From: Rhodospirillaceae bacterium
Lineage (GTDB): Bacteria; Pseudomonadota; Alphaproteobacteria; MPNO01; UBA2964
Direction of reading: 5' to 3'
Assembly: GCA_002720855.1 (NCBI GenBank)
Contig: PBIN01000006.1
Span: forward strand, 368 to 64,367
Length of the DNA stretch: 64,000 bases
Numbering within the stretch: the stretch's first letter is position 1; each line of letters starts with the position of its first letter. This document shows, one piece after another, positions 52,416 through 61,953 of the stretch. Under the pieces are notes generated by a model, which saw nothing but the letters and a program-made list of their open reading frames with translations, did no database searches and was not told the origin of the DNA. A program made the translations under genes and the position numbers.

Positions 52416-53678
52416 ATGCTCAAACAATTACCTCGTGAACCGGTTTGGGTTTCCTGGCTTTATGTCGCGCTGTGCGCCGCGACGATCTTTGCCACCGTGC
52501 CTTTCGGGCGGCTCCTTACAGATTACATAAACGAATATTTCGACGACTGGATTTTTATTGCGTTGGTCGTGGTTGTTTTTGTCCTCACGATAGCGGCGAT
52601 TGTTCGCTTTCTAATCCTTAACCGGGGCGCTACATTCTGGTCATACTTTTGGCTGGCCGTAATATCTATTATATTTTGCAGCTATGCCTACAGCCTGCGC
52701 GACAACGCCGTCGAGACACTCCATTTTATCGAATACGGCTTGCTGGGTGTTTTAATCTATCGAGCCTTGAGTCACCGGGTGCGGGACCTAAGCATCTATC
52801 CTGCGACGCTATGCATCGGATTTGTCATTGGCGTATTGGACGAAGGAATCCAATGGATGACGCCGCAGCGCGTCTGGGATATGCGGGATATTGCCCTTAA
52901 TAGTACTGCTGTGGTGTTGACGCAGGCCGGAATCGGTCTTGGGCTAAAACCTGCAATCATTTCAGTAAGTTTCAGTGCCAAAGGCGTCGTTCTTTTGTGC
53001 AGAGTTCTGGCATTAGCCGTTTTTTCTTTCGGTGTATGTCTGTTAAACACGCCGAATGTGATTGATCGATATGTCGATCTCCTTCCCGGCGGCGCGGAAA
53101 TTCGCAAAAAGTCCAGTCAAATGGCCGAGTACGGATTTCTGTATAAGGATCCGGAAATCGGTGTGTTCCGATCCCGTTTCGATCCCAAATCACTGAAAGA
53201 GCAGGATCAAACACAGAGCAGCCGGGCTGCAAAGGTTCTTGATCAGTATCCCGATGTGCCGCTTTATCCAGATTTCTTCGAAAAATACACGGTAATCAAT
53301 GACCGGTTTATTCATGAGGCGGGTGTACATCTCTTTCGTCGCGAGAAATATCTCGACCGGTTCCTGGATTTTTTAGAGGACAATGTAAGGGGTGCGAAAT
53401 TCGATAGGGCGGCCCATCTTGCATGGCGAGAGACACGAATTTTGGAAAAATATTACGGGAAGACGCTTGGTCTTTCTCGATATGACATTCCGCCTAAAAG
53501 AAGGGCAATGCTTGATGCGGCGCAAAACCCCAAAAGAAGCTATGAAAGCCCCGTAAGTAAAGCGCTTATAACCGGTTTGACTTATGGCCAGGTCGCATGG
53601 GGTACAGCCTTCCTTATAATTTTACTGCTGGGCGGTAGCTATCTTTACAGCCGGCGCATAAACGATAAAGCTGCGTAA
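52416..53678 (+). CDS. VanZ-like membrane domain fused to an uncharacterised soluble domain with a C-terminal TM helix
   Basis: LHFIEYGLLG..YRAL, G.LDEGIQW.TP.R.WD.RDI.LN (VanZ signature). Confidence 0.75.
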   Translation: MLKQLPREPVWVSWLYVALCAATIFATVPFGRLLTDYINEYFDDWIFIALVVVVFVLTIAAIVRFLILNRGATFWSYFWLAVISIIFCSYAYSLRDNAVETLHFIEYGLLGVLIYRALSHRVRDLSIYPATLCIGFVIGVLDEGIQWMTPQRVWDMRDIALNSTAVVLTQAGIGLGLKPAIISVSFSAKGVVLLCRVLALAVFSFGVCLLNTPNVIDRYVDLLPGGAEIRKKSSQMAEYGFLYKDPEIGVFRSRFDPKSLKEQDQTQSSRAAKVLDQYPDVPLYPDFFEKYTVINDRFIHEAGVHLFRREKYLDRFLDFLEDNVRGAKFDRAAHLAWRETRILEKYYGKTLGLSRYDIPPKRRAMLDAAQNPKRSYESPVSKALITGLTYGQVAWGTAFLIILLLGGSYLYSRRINDKAA

Positions 53679-53710
53679 AACTCGTGATCAACAGTTAGCA
53701 AGAGGAACCA

Positions 53711-54640
53711 ATGGTTGATCGTAGAACGGTTTTAAGTGGGCTCGGGGCAGGCGCGGTTTCACTTGCGACATCGTGGCCGCGTTCGATGAGTTGGGCTTCC
53801 TCTGGGTCCGCCAAGGGTCAGCTGCGATTTGCTTTCTTCACAGATGTTCACGCGCGGACTGAGTGGGAGACACCAGTTGCGTTGGCCAAGGCTGCGAAAT
53901 CGATCAATACCCAAAAACCGGATCTGGTCATCGCTGGCGGCGATCTTATTACCGACGGCTTTACATCTTTGCCTGAGGAAGTTACGCCGCGTTGGGACAC
54001 CTATATGAAGAATTTGCACAATGCCATCGAGGGCGATGTGCATCCAACAATCGGAAATCATGACCTCGTTGCGGCAAATCCGGCAGACGGCTCAAAACCG
54101 AGTTCCGACCCTCGTGCAGAATTTCGCAAACGAATGAAACTGGATCGTACCTTTTACACCTTCGATGCCATGGGATATCGAATATTTATTCTCGATTCCA
54201 TATATGTCATTCGCGGCAAGCTACAATATCAGGGATTAATCGGTCCTGAGCAGATGAACTGGTTGCGGGAAGAACTTTCGAAAACGCCCAACGATATGCC
54301 GATTGTTTTGGTGAGCCATATTCCATTGCTTACGGCGTTTTATGCGGCGACCCGAGGTGCGCTCGAAGGAGGCAAGCCCAATCGTGTAATGGTCAACAAC
54401 CGGGGCGTTCTGGATCAGTTTCGGGATCATAATTTGTTACTTGTCCTGCAGGGACATTTGCATGCCCAGGAGGTCATCCGCTGGCGTAACACGACGTTTA
54501 TTACCGGTGGTGCATTATGTGCAAAATGGTGGCGGGGAAGCTGGTACGGCACGGAAGAAGGATTCAACGTCATTACGCTCCGCGAAAATCATGTCGACTG
54601 GAAATATGTCGATTATGGCTGGGAGGCGAAGCGGCCCTAG
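53711..54640 (+). CDS. Tat-exported calcineurin-like metallophosphoesterase
   Basis: DRRTVL twin-Arg signal; TDVH, GGD, GNHD, SHIP, GHLH. Confidence 0.88.
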   Translation: MVDRRTVLSGLGAGAVSLATSWPRSMSWASSGSAKGQLRFAFFTDVHARTEWETPVALAKAAKSINTQKPDLVIAGGDLITDGFTSLPEEVTPRWDTYMKNLHNAIEGDVHPTIGNHDLVAANPADGSKPSSDPRAEFRKRMKLDRTFYTFDAMGYRIFILDSIYVIRGKLQYQGLIGPEQMNWLREELSKTPNDMPIVLVSHIPLLTAFYAATRGALEGGKPNRVMVNNRGVLDQFRDHNLLLVLQGHLHAQEVIRWRNTTFITGGALCAKWWRGSWYGTEEGFNVITLRENHVDWKYVDYGWEAKRP

Positions 54641-54643
54641 AAC

Positions 54644-55999
54644 TTATTCAGCAGCAACAGGGGTCATTGGCTGGACGGCGTTATCCACCAAATCGCCGAT
54701 CGTTTTATCAGCCAGCGCTTCCGCATGTGTTGTGTCAAGCATATCGAAAACACTATCGAGGCCTGATGCCGATCGAATGCTGTCTGGTGAAATCGAATCC
54801 GATTCCCCGACAGAGCGCATTACTGCCAATACTTCACTGAGCCTTATTGTATTGGGCGATCGCGTCGGTAACCATTGTTGAGGGCTGTCACCTGTCGCGA
54901 CAATAAATTCTTCTTTTGCAAGTAGCTCAATGAGTTGCACTACCGTTTCATTTCGTAATCCGGTTCGTTGTGCCAACTCTGTTGAGGTGGGCCGGTTCCT
55001 CTCCGCCAAAAAGTCAGCCGCGATCTCCGTCATGACTGTCAGTCCAGCACGTTCCATCATACGGGGACTAAGCGCGGGATCGGTTCTTTCCAACATAACC
55101 CGATCCGGATTTTGGTGATAAAACGCGACGCTTGCACCGATAAGCAAAACTAGCCAAGCGACATAGAGCCAGAGCATAAAAAAGATCAAAGCCGCGAATG
55201 CGGAATAGATCGCCGTATATTGAGCTGAAGAAACGACAAAGGCGGTAAATGCCCAACCTGCAAAATGCCACAAGATGCTTGCGACGGCGGCGCCGATCAT
55301 TGCGGACAGAACGCGTACCCGCGTGTTCGGCATAAATACGTAAATGAAGGTAAAGGCGAAAATAACCAGAACGACAGGTACCAGGGATCCAGCGGTGTGG
55401 ATGGCTGAACCAATAGGATCGATACCTTTAAGTGAGGTAACGATCCTGTGGTTCATCAATGAAGCGCTAATACCCAGCGATGTGAATACAAGCACAGGAC
55501 CGATAATAATTACGGACAAGTAACCGGAGAACCGTTGCGCGAGTGGACGAATTTGCGGCACATGCCAAATATAATTGAAGGCGTATTCAATTTTTTGCAT
55601 GAGCGAAATAACGGTATAGAGCAACAGCGCGAGACCAAGCGATCCCAATACACCGGCTTTAACATTCGCGACGATTTCTATGATTTTTTCGCCTATCGCG
55701 ATGCCTTCGGCGCCAAAATTCAGTAACGACCGCATCATCGCCGTTTCAAGCTGTTCGTTGACGCCAAAACCTTTCAGCACCGAAAAGCTGACTGCCAGCA
55801 AGGGCACAATCGACAGAATCGTTGTGTAGACGAGGCTCATTGCCCGAAGGTTGAGATCGCCGCGGCTAAGATCGGATATGACAACCCAAGTGGTGCGCGC
55901 ACTTCGTAACCCGAATCGAGGCCAGAAACGGAGGGCGTTCAAATCCGGTTTCCAAATCCAGGCCCGGATCAATTGCGGCAACAACCAAAAATCTTTCAT
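54644..55999 (-). CDS. YihY/BrkB family membrane protein with a C-terminal winged-helix (Rrf2-like) domain
   Basis: A.SL.YTT.LS.VPLL, IE.AFN.IW, FIY.FMPN.RV, W.Y..W..LL.GA. Confidence 0.87.
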   Translation of the reverse strand: MKDFWLLPQLIRAWIWKPDLNALRFWPRFGLRSARTTWVVISDLSRGDLNLRAMSLVYTTILSIVPLLAVSFSVLKGFGVNEQLETAMMRSLLNFGAEGIAIGEKIIEIVANVKAGVLGSLGLALLLYTVISLMQKIEYAFNYIWHVPQIRPLAQRFSGYLSVIIIGPVLVFTSLGISASLMNHRIVTSLKGIDPIGSAIHTAGSLVPVVLVIFAFTFIYVFMPNTRVRVLSAMIGAAVASILWHFAGWAFTAFVVSSAQYTAIYSAFAALIFFMLWLYVAWLVLLIGASVAFYHQNPDRVMLERTDPALSPRMMERAGLTVMTEIAADFLAERNRPTSTELAQRTGLRNETVVQLIELLAKEEFIVATGDSPQQWLPTRSPNTIRLSEVLAVMRSVGESDSISPDSIRSASGLDSVFDMLDTTHAEALADKTIGDLVDNAVQPMTPVAAE

Positions 56000-56090
56000 C
56001 TTTACTTCTCAGCGACGTTAGCTTGGCCCAGACTACATTAGTAAGCTAGAGAATTGGCCTAAAAAGTTATTGTCCCCAAATGGTGCAAAT

Positions 56091-56119
56091 CTTGTTCTAG
56101 CCACAACTATTCCCTATAT
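56091..56119 (+). promoter_or_regulatory. RpoH (sigma32)-type heat-shock promoter
   Basis: CTTG-N18-CCTATAT upstream of a small heat-shock gene. Confidence 0.72.
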
Positions 56120-56124
56120 GAAAG

Positions 56125-56211
56125 CCGTAGGGCGCCCAATAGGGGCCTTGAATGCGTTTCCGGATTGGGGGAGCGCCACAAAATAACCTGCTCATTAGGA
56201 GAGGTCCCATG
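56125..56211 (+). promoter_or_regulatory. ROSE-like RNA thermometer in the Hsp20 5' UTR
   Basis: Several hairpins; the last, ACCUGCUC-AUUAG-GAGAGGU, pairs the SD sequence with a bulged G. Confidence 0.55.
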
Positions 56212-56682
56212 TCTAGAATCTCGCTATTTAACAGCCCGTTTTTGCTTGGATTTGATGAACTCGAGAATTTGCTCGATCGAACTGCCAAGGCATCCTCCGA
56301 CGGATACCCACCCTACAATATCGAACAGGTTGCCGACGATGGCCTTAGGATTAGCCTCGCCGTCGCAGGGTTTAACGACGACGAACTGAGTGTCGTTGTC
56401 GAAGACAGGCAGCTCATCATCAAAGGGAAACAATCGGAAGACGAGGGACGGGTCTATTTGCATCGCGGCATTGCCGCGCGCCAATTTCAACGATCTTTTG
56501 TCCTGGCTGAGGGTATTGAGGTGACAGGCGCTGCGCTAAATAACGGCCTGCTTCATGTTGATTTGATCCGGCCAAAAATTGAAACGCGGAAAAAGGTCAT
56601 AAAAATTAATACCGGTGATGTCGACGCATCCAGCGATGATGATCTCGCAATTAGGGTCGAGACGAAAAACGTTTCCGCCTGA
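56209..56682 (+). CDS. Small heat-shock protein (Hsp20/IbpA-like)
   Basis: SPFLLGFD, YPPYNIE, LAVAGF, LHRGIA.RQF.R.F.LA, NGLL. Confidence 0.94.
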   Translation: MSRISLFNSPFLLGFDELENLLDRTAKASSDGYPPYNIEQVADDGLRISLAVAGFNDDELSVVVEDRQLIIKGKQSEDEGRVYLHRGIAARQFQRSFVLAEGIEVTGAALNNGLLHVDLIRPKIETRKKVIKINTGDVDASSDDDLAIRVETKNVSA

Positions 56683-56708
56683 AGGGACGCCCATAACCTG
56701 CTAGGATT

Positions 56709-57173
56709 TTATGCTGCGCTAATTGCAGTGCCTGACAGGAGAAGTTTGCAAAGAGAGCTGTCGTCATTCGCCGCACGCAATTTCTTGCACATTTCTCCGT
56801 CGCGGAACAATCTTGAAATTCTTGCCAGCGCTTTTAGGTGATCAGCACCGGCACTCTCGGGTGCGAGTAATAGAAAAACCATATCGACAGCTTGGTCATC
56901 GACAGCTTCAAAATCGACCGGCTGCTCAAGTTTTGCAAAAACGCCGTATAAACGATCCAGTTCGGGCAACTTACCGTGTGGAATAGCGACGCCGCGCCCA
57001 ATTCCCGTTGTGCCCAGTCGCTCACGTTCAAGGAGGACGTCAAATATCGCCCGTTCATTTTGACCACTAACCTTCGCCGCTTGTGCGGCTAATTCTTGCA
57101 GGGCCTGCTTCTTGCTTGTCGCGCGAACGGTTGAGACAACACTCTCGGGCGAAAGTAAGTCACAAATTTCCAT
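56709..57173 (-). CDS. ptsN: PTS EIIA-Ntr
   Basis: RERLGTTG.G.GVAIPHGK, HLKALARI. Confidence 0.95.
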   Translation of the reverse strand: MEICDLLSPESVVSTVRATSKKQALQELAAQAAKVSGQNERAIFDVLLERERLGTTGIGRGVAIPHGKLPELDRLYGVFAKLEQPVDFEAVDDQAVDMVFLLLAPESAGADHLKALARISRLFRDGEMCKKLRAANDDSSLCKLLLSGTAISAA

Positions 57174-57197
57174 GTTTCATCCTTGATCGTTTGATTT

Positions 57198-57779
57198 CTA
57201 TGATTTCGCTGGCGTTGGATCAAGCCAACCGATGTTCCCGTCGGCACGTCGATATACGACGTTTATGCCACCGTGAGCCTTATTTTGAAAAACCAATGCC
57301 GAGCTGTTATTAACATCCATATGCATGACGGCTTCACTCACCGTCAGATTTAAGACGGTTGTTGACATTTCTGCGATGATAACCGGTGAAGCATCTGGGT
57401 CGATAATATCCTCATCATCGGGATTCTGTTCGATGACGTATTTTGGCGCTTCAAATGAGGCAATATCGGCCGATTTTTTACGATGATCGTTAAGCCGCCG
57501 TTTATATCGGCGTATCTGTTTTGCAATACGTTCGAGTGCACTATCAAATGACCCGTAAGCATCTTCGGTGCTTGCTCTGCCGTGCATTTGGATGTTTCGG
57601 GCAATGTGAACAACGATATCTGTGCGAATTTGTTTTCCGCTCGCCTCTTTGGTCAAGACGACATTTGCGTCTAAGGCATGGTCGAAGTACTTCTCAACTG
57701 AATCCGTCACATGGGATTTGATATGCTGCTTTAAGGCATCACCAACATCAAGCTGTTTGGCCGGAACTGTAATTTCCAT
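57198..57779 (-). CDS. hpf: Ribosome hibernation promoting factor (long HPF)
   Basis: KYFD, KQIRRYKRRL, C-terminal V.EA, NVVYRR.DG.IG; downstream of rpoN. Confidence 0.93.
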   Translation of the reverse strand: MEITVPAKQLDVGDALKQHIKSHVTDSVEKYFDHALDANVVLTKEASGKQIRTDIVVHIARNIQMHGRASTEDAYGSFDSALERIAKQIRRYKRRLNDHRKKSADIASFEAPKYVIEQNPDDEDIIDPDASPVIIAEMSTTVLNLTVSEAVMHMDVNNSSALVFQNKAHGGINVVYRRADGNIGWLDPTPAKS

Positions 57780-57922
57780 CGGAACCCTTGTTCAGCTGCA
57801 GCAGAATTCCACTTCCTCGGTCCAAAATATCGTCGTCATTTCTTTTTGGGACCTTCTGCCGGCGGGAAAATAGTGCTGCTGCGACCCGAAAGTCAACCTG
57901 TTGGTTTCGTCGGTTATGTGCC

Positions 57923-59536
57923 TTACGCGTGGAGCGTTTTTTCGCGTCTTCTTTGTACAGAAGACGGTATATGCATGGCCTCTCGATATTTCGCGACGGT
58001 TCGCCTGGCGATATCGACGCCTTCATCTTTTAAAATGCTGACAATTTTGTCATCAGACAAAACATTGTCCAGAGATTCTGCTTCGATCAGATTCTTAATC
58101 TGGAAGCGCACCGCTTCCGCTGAGGAAGACTCGCCGTCAGCATTCTCCCCGACCGCGAATGTGAAGAAGTATTTTAACTCAAATATACCACGAGGCGTGT
58201 TGATATATTTGTTATTGGTAACTCTGCTGACAGTGCTTTCATGAATGTCGAGTGTTTCGGCAACTTCGCGCAAGACCAGAGGCTTCAGATATTGCACGCC
58301 TCTTTCCAGAAATTCTTCCTGGCGGCGGACAATTTCAGCGGCCACTTTCATGATCGTTTGCGCGCGCTGGTGAAGCGCTTTTACAAGCCAGTTGGCCGAT
58401 TGATAACACTCCGCAATATAGACTTTATCTTTTTCACCGAGTGCCTGGTTATTTATTTCAGTGTAGTAGCGGTTGTTGAAAAGCACTCTTGGCAATGTGT
58501 CGCTGTTAACCTCAACGAACCAGCTTCCGTCCTTTCCGCGTCGCACCGAAACGTCGGGCGTTACCGCCTGCGCAACTGAGTGGTCGAAAATAAGGGCTGG
58601 TTTGGGGTTGAGGGATTGAATTTCCTTTATCATTTCTACGATGTCTTCGTTGTCGACACCGCAAAGCCGCCTCAATGTCTTGAATTCACGTTTTGCCAAT
58701 ACATCCAAATTTTCGATTAGCGCCCGCATCGCCGGGTCAAATCGATCCAAATCCCGAAGTTGGAGTGCCAAACATTCTGCAAGATCACGGGCAAATATGC
58801 CGGACGGATCGAAACGTTGAACTCTCTCTAGTGTCTTTTCGACATGTTCATGGGGGCAGCCGAGTGTAACGGCGATATCTTCCGTTGAGACCGTTAGATA
58901 ACCAGATTCGTCCAGTGAATCGACCATGTAAACGGCAACCAGTCTATCAACCGGGTCGGTTAAATCGACGTTGATTTGTTCCAGGAGGTGATCCCGGAGC
59001 GAAATTTCATCCGCCGGCGCATTTTCTAGTTCGGGATTGTCGGCATCGAATCCGCCGGCACCACGTACCTGCCAGTTTAATGTATCGGTCTCCATTGCCG
59101 GTGCGGCATCTGAGCCGGTATCTCCAGACCATACATTCTCATAATCCGCATCCAGACCAGCGTCATGCTCCAGCGCTATTGATTCCTTATCAACCAATTC
59201 CATTGAGTCCGGTTCTGCTGGGGCATCACCAAATGTGCTATCGATTTCGAGATTTTCGGCATGTGTGTCGTCACCGCCGTCACCCGAAACTTCAACTTCT
59301 GCAGCCGGTGACTCGCCGTCAGCGCTCGCAGCGCTGTCTTCCTGCGGCGCTTCACTATTCTCATTATGTCCATCGGCGTCTTCGCGTTCCAAGAGTGGAT
59401 TTTGCTCCAGCTCCCGCTCCACGTATTCCGACAGTTCTAGGTTGGATAGCTGCAACAGTTTAATTGCCTGCTGCAACTGGGGCGTCATGACCAGAGACTG
59501 GACCTGACGCAGATCCAACCGGGGGACCAAGGCCAT
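57923..59536 (-). CDS. rpoN: RNA polymerase sigma-54
   Basis: LVMTPQLQQAIKLLQL, HESTVSR, RpoN box ARRTVAKYRE. Confidence 0.98.
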   Translation of the reverse strand: MALVPRLDLRQVQSLVMTPQLQQAIKLLQLSNLELSEYVERELEQNPLLEREDADGHNENSEAPQEDSAASADGESPAAEVEVSGDGGDDTHAENLEIDSTFGDAPAEPDSMELVDKESIALEHDAGLDADYENVWSGDTGSDAAPAMETDTLNWQVRGAGGFDADNPELENAPADEISLRDHLLEQINVDLTDPVDRLVAVYMVDSLDESGYLTVSTEDIAVTLGCPHEHVEKTLERVQRFDPSGIFARDLAECLALQLRDLDRFDPAMRALIENLDVLAKREFKTLRRLCGVDNEDIVEMIKEIQSLNPKPALIFDHSVAQAVTPDVSVRRGKDGSWFVEVNSDTLPRVLFNNRYYTEINNQALGEKDKVYIAECYQSANWLVKALHQRAQTIMKVAAEIVRRQEEFLERGVQYLKPLVLREVAETLDIHESTVSRVTNNKYINTPRGIFELKYFFTFAVGENADGESSSAEAVRFQIKNLIEAESLDNVLSDDKIVSILKDEGVDIARRTVAKYREAMHIPSSVQRRREKTLHA

Positions 59537-59577
59537 AATCGTTACCTTACATACACTTAGTAGTGTTCATATCCGTT

Positions 59578-60375
59578 TTACAGGCTGAACCTTTCACCAA
59601 GGTAAACACGCCTCACGTCCTTGTGGGTAACAATCTCGTCAGGCGCGCCTTCCATTAATACTCTACCATCGTGAAGAATATATGCCCGGTCGACGATGTC
59701 CAGCGTCTCACGAACGTTATGATCTGTGATGAGAACGCCTATTCCCCGGTCTTTGAGGTGCGAAACGAGGTCTCGAATATCGTTAACAGCGATAGGGTCG
59801 ATACCAGCGAGCGGCTCATCAAGCAGTATGAAACTCGGATCTGCCGCCAGCGCCCGTGCTATTTCGACACGGCGTCTTTCACCGCCCGATAGTGCGAGTG
59901 CTGATGTTCTGCGGAGATGGGATATCGAAAACTCTGCTAACAATTCTTCCAAACGCGTTTCGCGCTGGTCCGGATGATCAACTGATACCTCTAGAATCGC
60001 TCTTATATTGTTTTCGACCGTTAGGCCCCGAAAAATAGACGCTTCTTGAGGCAGGTAACCGATTCCCATTCGGGCCCGCCGGTACATTGGCAAACCGGTG
60101 ATATCGTTTCCGTCCAGTGTAATTGTGCCGTAGTCCGGTGCAATAAGACCCGTAACGATATAAAAACTGGTCGTTTTTCCTGCACCATTGGGGCCGAGAA
60201 GCCCGACAACTTCTCCTCGCTGTACGGATAATGAGACCTCTCGAAGAACCGGACGTTGTTTGTATGATTTGCCCAGATTTCTTGCAATGAGGCCGTGATT
60301 GTTCGAAACGAGTTGCGGCGTTGAACTTTCAACTTCTCTATTCGTCGGGGATGTCGGAACTAACTCAGGGGTCAT
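59578..60375 (-). CDS. lptB: LPS export ABC ATPase LptB
   Basis: [37 protein letters not shown]. Confidence 0.96.
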   Translation of the reverse strand: MTPELVPTSPTNREVESSTPQLVSNNHGLIARNLGKSYKQRPVLREVSLSVQRGEVVGLLGPNGAGKTTSFYIVTGLIAPDYGTITLDGNDITGLPMYRRARMGIGYLPQEASIFRGLTVENNIRAILEVSVDHPDQRETRLEELLAEFSISHLRRTSALALSGGERRRVEIARALAADPSFILLDEPLAGIDPIAVNDIRDLVSHLKDRGIGVLITDHNVRETLDIVDRAYILHDGRVLMEGAPDEIVTHKDVRRVYLGERFSL

Positions 60376-60424
60376 GGCTAACTATACTAAACGCTTAATA
60401 CTGCGAGGACTATGTATGTTTTTA

Positions 60425-61240
60425 TTATCGTTGTTTCGATTTTGGTCTCAAATTTTTTGGGCCAAAAAGACCGCGGACGCGTCCCGGGCCGCTACTCAGA
60501 AGTCTGCTTACACCTGTATTTAAATCAACTTCGGCTGCATCGCCATTAAGTTGATCAGGCCCACGCGTAATTTTTACTCCGCCGCGCAAAACGACGATTC
60601 CTGTCCTTGTATTATATACACCGCGCTTTCCGCGAATTATTTCCTTTGGCGAGGAAACGAATACGTTGTCATAAGCATCGACACGTGTGACTTCGTTTTT
60701 GCCGTTTTTCGCTTTCGTGAAATGTGCAGTAAGGATATCTGCTTGAAGACGTTTGTCGCCCTTTACTGCCACGGCGTTACCGCGGGCAACAGCGATCGAC
60801 TTTTTCTCCCAGAACTCCAGGCTACGGCGCGCGGAAATATGTTCCGTTTCTGTTACCAAACGTGGCTTGCCGGTCAGGACAAATATGCCTTTCGCCACGT
60901 CGTAGACACCTTTGGTGCCATATGCCGTTTGGCGAGGCGATACGATCCGGACATTGCCGTCAGCGTCCAATCGCCAGATTTGTGTCCCCCCTTCTTTGAG
61001 TTTCTCATAATAGGCTGTCAGCTGATCTGCATGGACGACGACATCGCCCTGTTTTGCTTTTGCATTTCCGCGGGCAATATAAGCCTGTGCTTCCTGTTGC
61101 CATTCGATGCCATTATCTGCGTCAATCTCGATTGGCTCATTGCGGGCCTGGTTCGGAAGGCCTAAACCTTGGGCATAGCTAAAACTGGAATACAGCGACC
61201 CAATTAAAAATAGCGAAACCAAAAGCAGGATTCGTATCAT
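60425..61240 (-). CDS. lptA: LptA/OstA-family periplasmic LPS transport protein with a tandem-duplicated domain
   Basis: Signal peptide, PIEIDAD, two ARGNA..AD.L.A..G.Y..VL.G repeats; located between lptC and lptB. Confidence 0.85.
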   Translation of the reverse strand: MIRILLLVSLFLIGSLYSSFSYAQGLGLPNQARNEPIEIDADNGIEWQQEAQAYIARGNAKAKQGDVVVHADQLTAYYEKLKEGGTQIWRLDADGNVRIVSPRQTAYGTKGVYDVAKGIFVLTGKPRLVTETEHISARRSLEFWEKKSIAVARGNAVAVKGDKRLQADILTAHFTKAKNGKNEVTRVDAYDNVFVSSPKEIIRGKRGVYNTRTGIVVLRGGVKITRGPDQLNGDAAEVDLNTGVSRLLSSGPGRVRGLFGPKNLRPKSKQR

Positions 61241-61941
61241 TTTGTCTTCCCACGACTGATCTGTTTTGATTTTGGATACAAAACCATTTGGCTCTTGCCG
61301 GTGAAAATCATCGTTTTTCCCCGTTCGAGGATTCTAAAACCCGCCCCTTTAACCGTTCCACCTGGACCGTGGCCTGAAATTGCATCGTTTCCTTCGGCAG
61401 TACCTTCCGCCATATTAACCTGCGCTACTGAGGTTTTTAGTTCGTATCCGGAGTCATGAAAAAGATTTACCGTACCCTTTAAATTAAGAATCTCTGACTT
61501 TCTGTTGTAGAGACCGGAATCGGCGGATAAAGCCATCCAGGTGCCGGTCTTTTTAGTCATATCCGCTTTGGGAAATGCCAAATCAACCAGATTTGGATCC
61601 TGTTTTTGTTGAAATGCACTATCTGCGGTCAGGTTGAATGGTCTTTGATTTGCATCGGTGCTTGAAAAACGCGGATTGACAATCTGCTGCCCACCCGAAT
61701 CGTGAATTGTTACCTTTGATACACCTAGTCGAAATCCTTTTGGCTTTTCACCAAGCTGCGGCCAGGCAACGACAAGCGCGATAATTGCCGCGGCTGCAAC
61801 TGGAAGCGCTATTCGCATAAGCAAGACGAAACGCGAATAATTACCACCGGTTTTTTCAAATCGCCCGCCTGTCGGTGGAGGGGATGCGGCGCGGTCAGCG
61901 GCCGTATGGGAGTTTTGTGGCTGTGTTGCTGACGTTGTCAT
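61237..61941 (-). CDS. lptC: LPS export protein LptC
   Basis: YSRFV..MR..LP TM helix, NPRF, P..LTA..A.Q, L.G.V.LFHD.GY. Confidence 0.88.
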   Translation of the reverse strand: MTTSATQPQNSHTAADRAASPPPTGGRFEKTGGNYSRFVLLMRIALPVAAAAIIALVVAWPQLGEKPKGFRLGVSKVTIHDSGGQQIVNPRFSSTDANQRPFNLTADSAFQQKQDPNLVDLAFPKADMTKKTGTWMALSADSGLYNRKSEILNLKGTVNLFHDSGYELKTSVAQVNMAEGTAEGNDAISGHGPGGTVKGAGFRILERGKTMIFTGKSQMVLYPKSKQISRGKTK

Positions 61942-61953
61942 CGGAATTTTTAT

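Noticed and set aside
57780-57922. Expected sigma54 promoter upstream of hpf
   Set aside because: No TGGCAC-N5-TTGC match; only a sigma70-like TTGACT element is visible.
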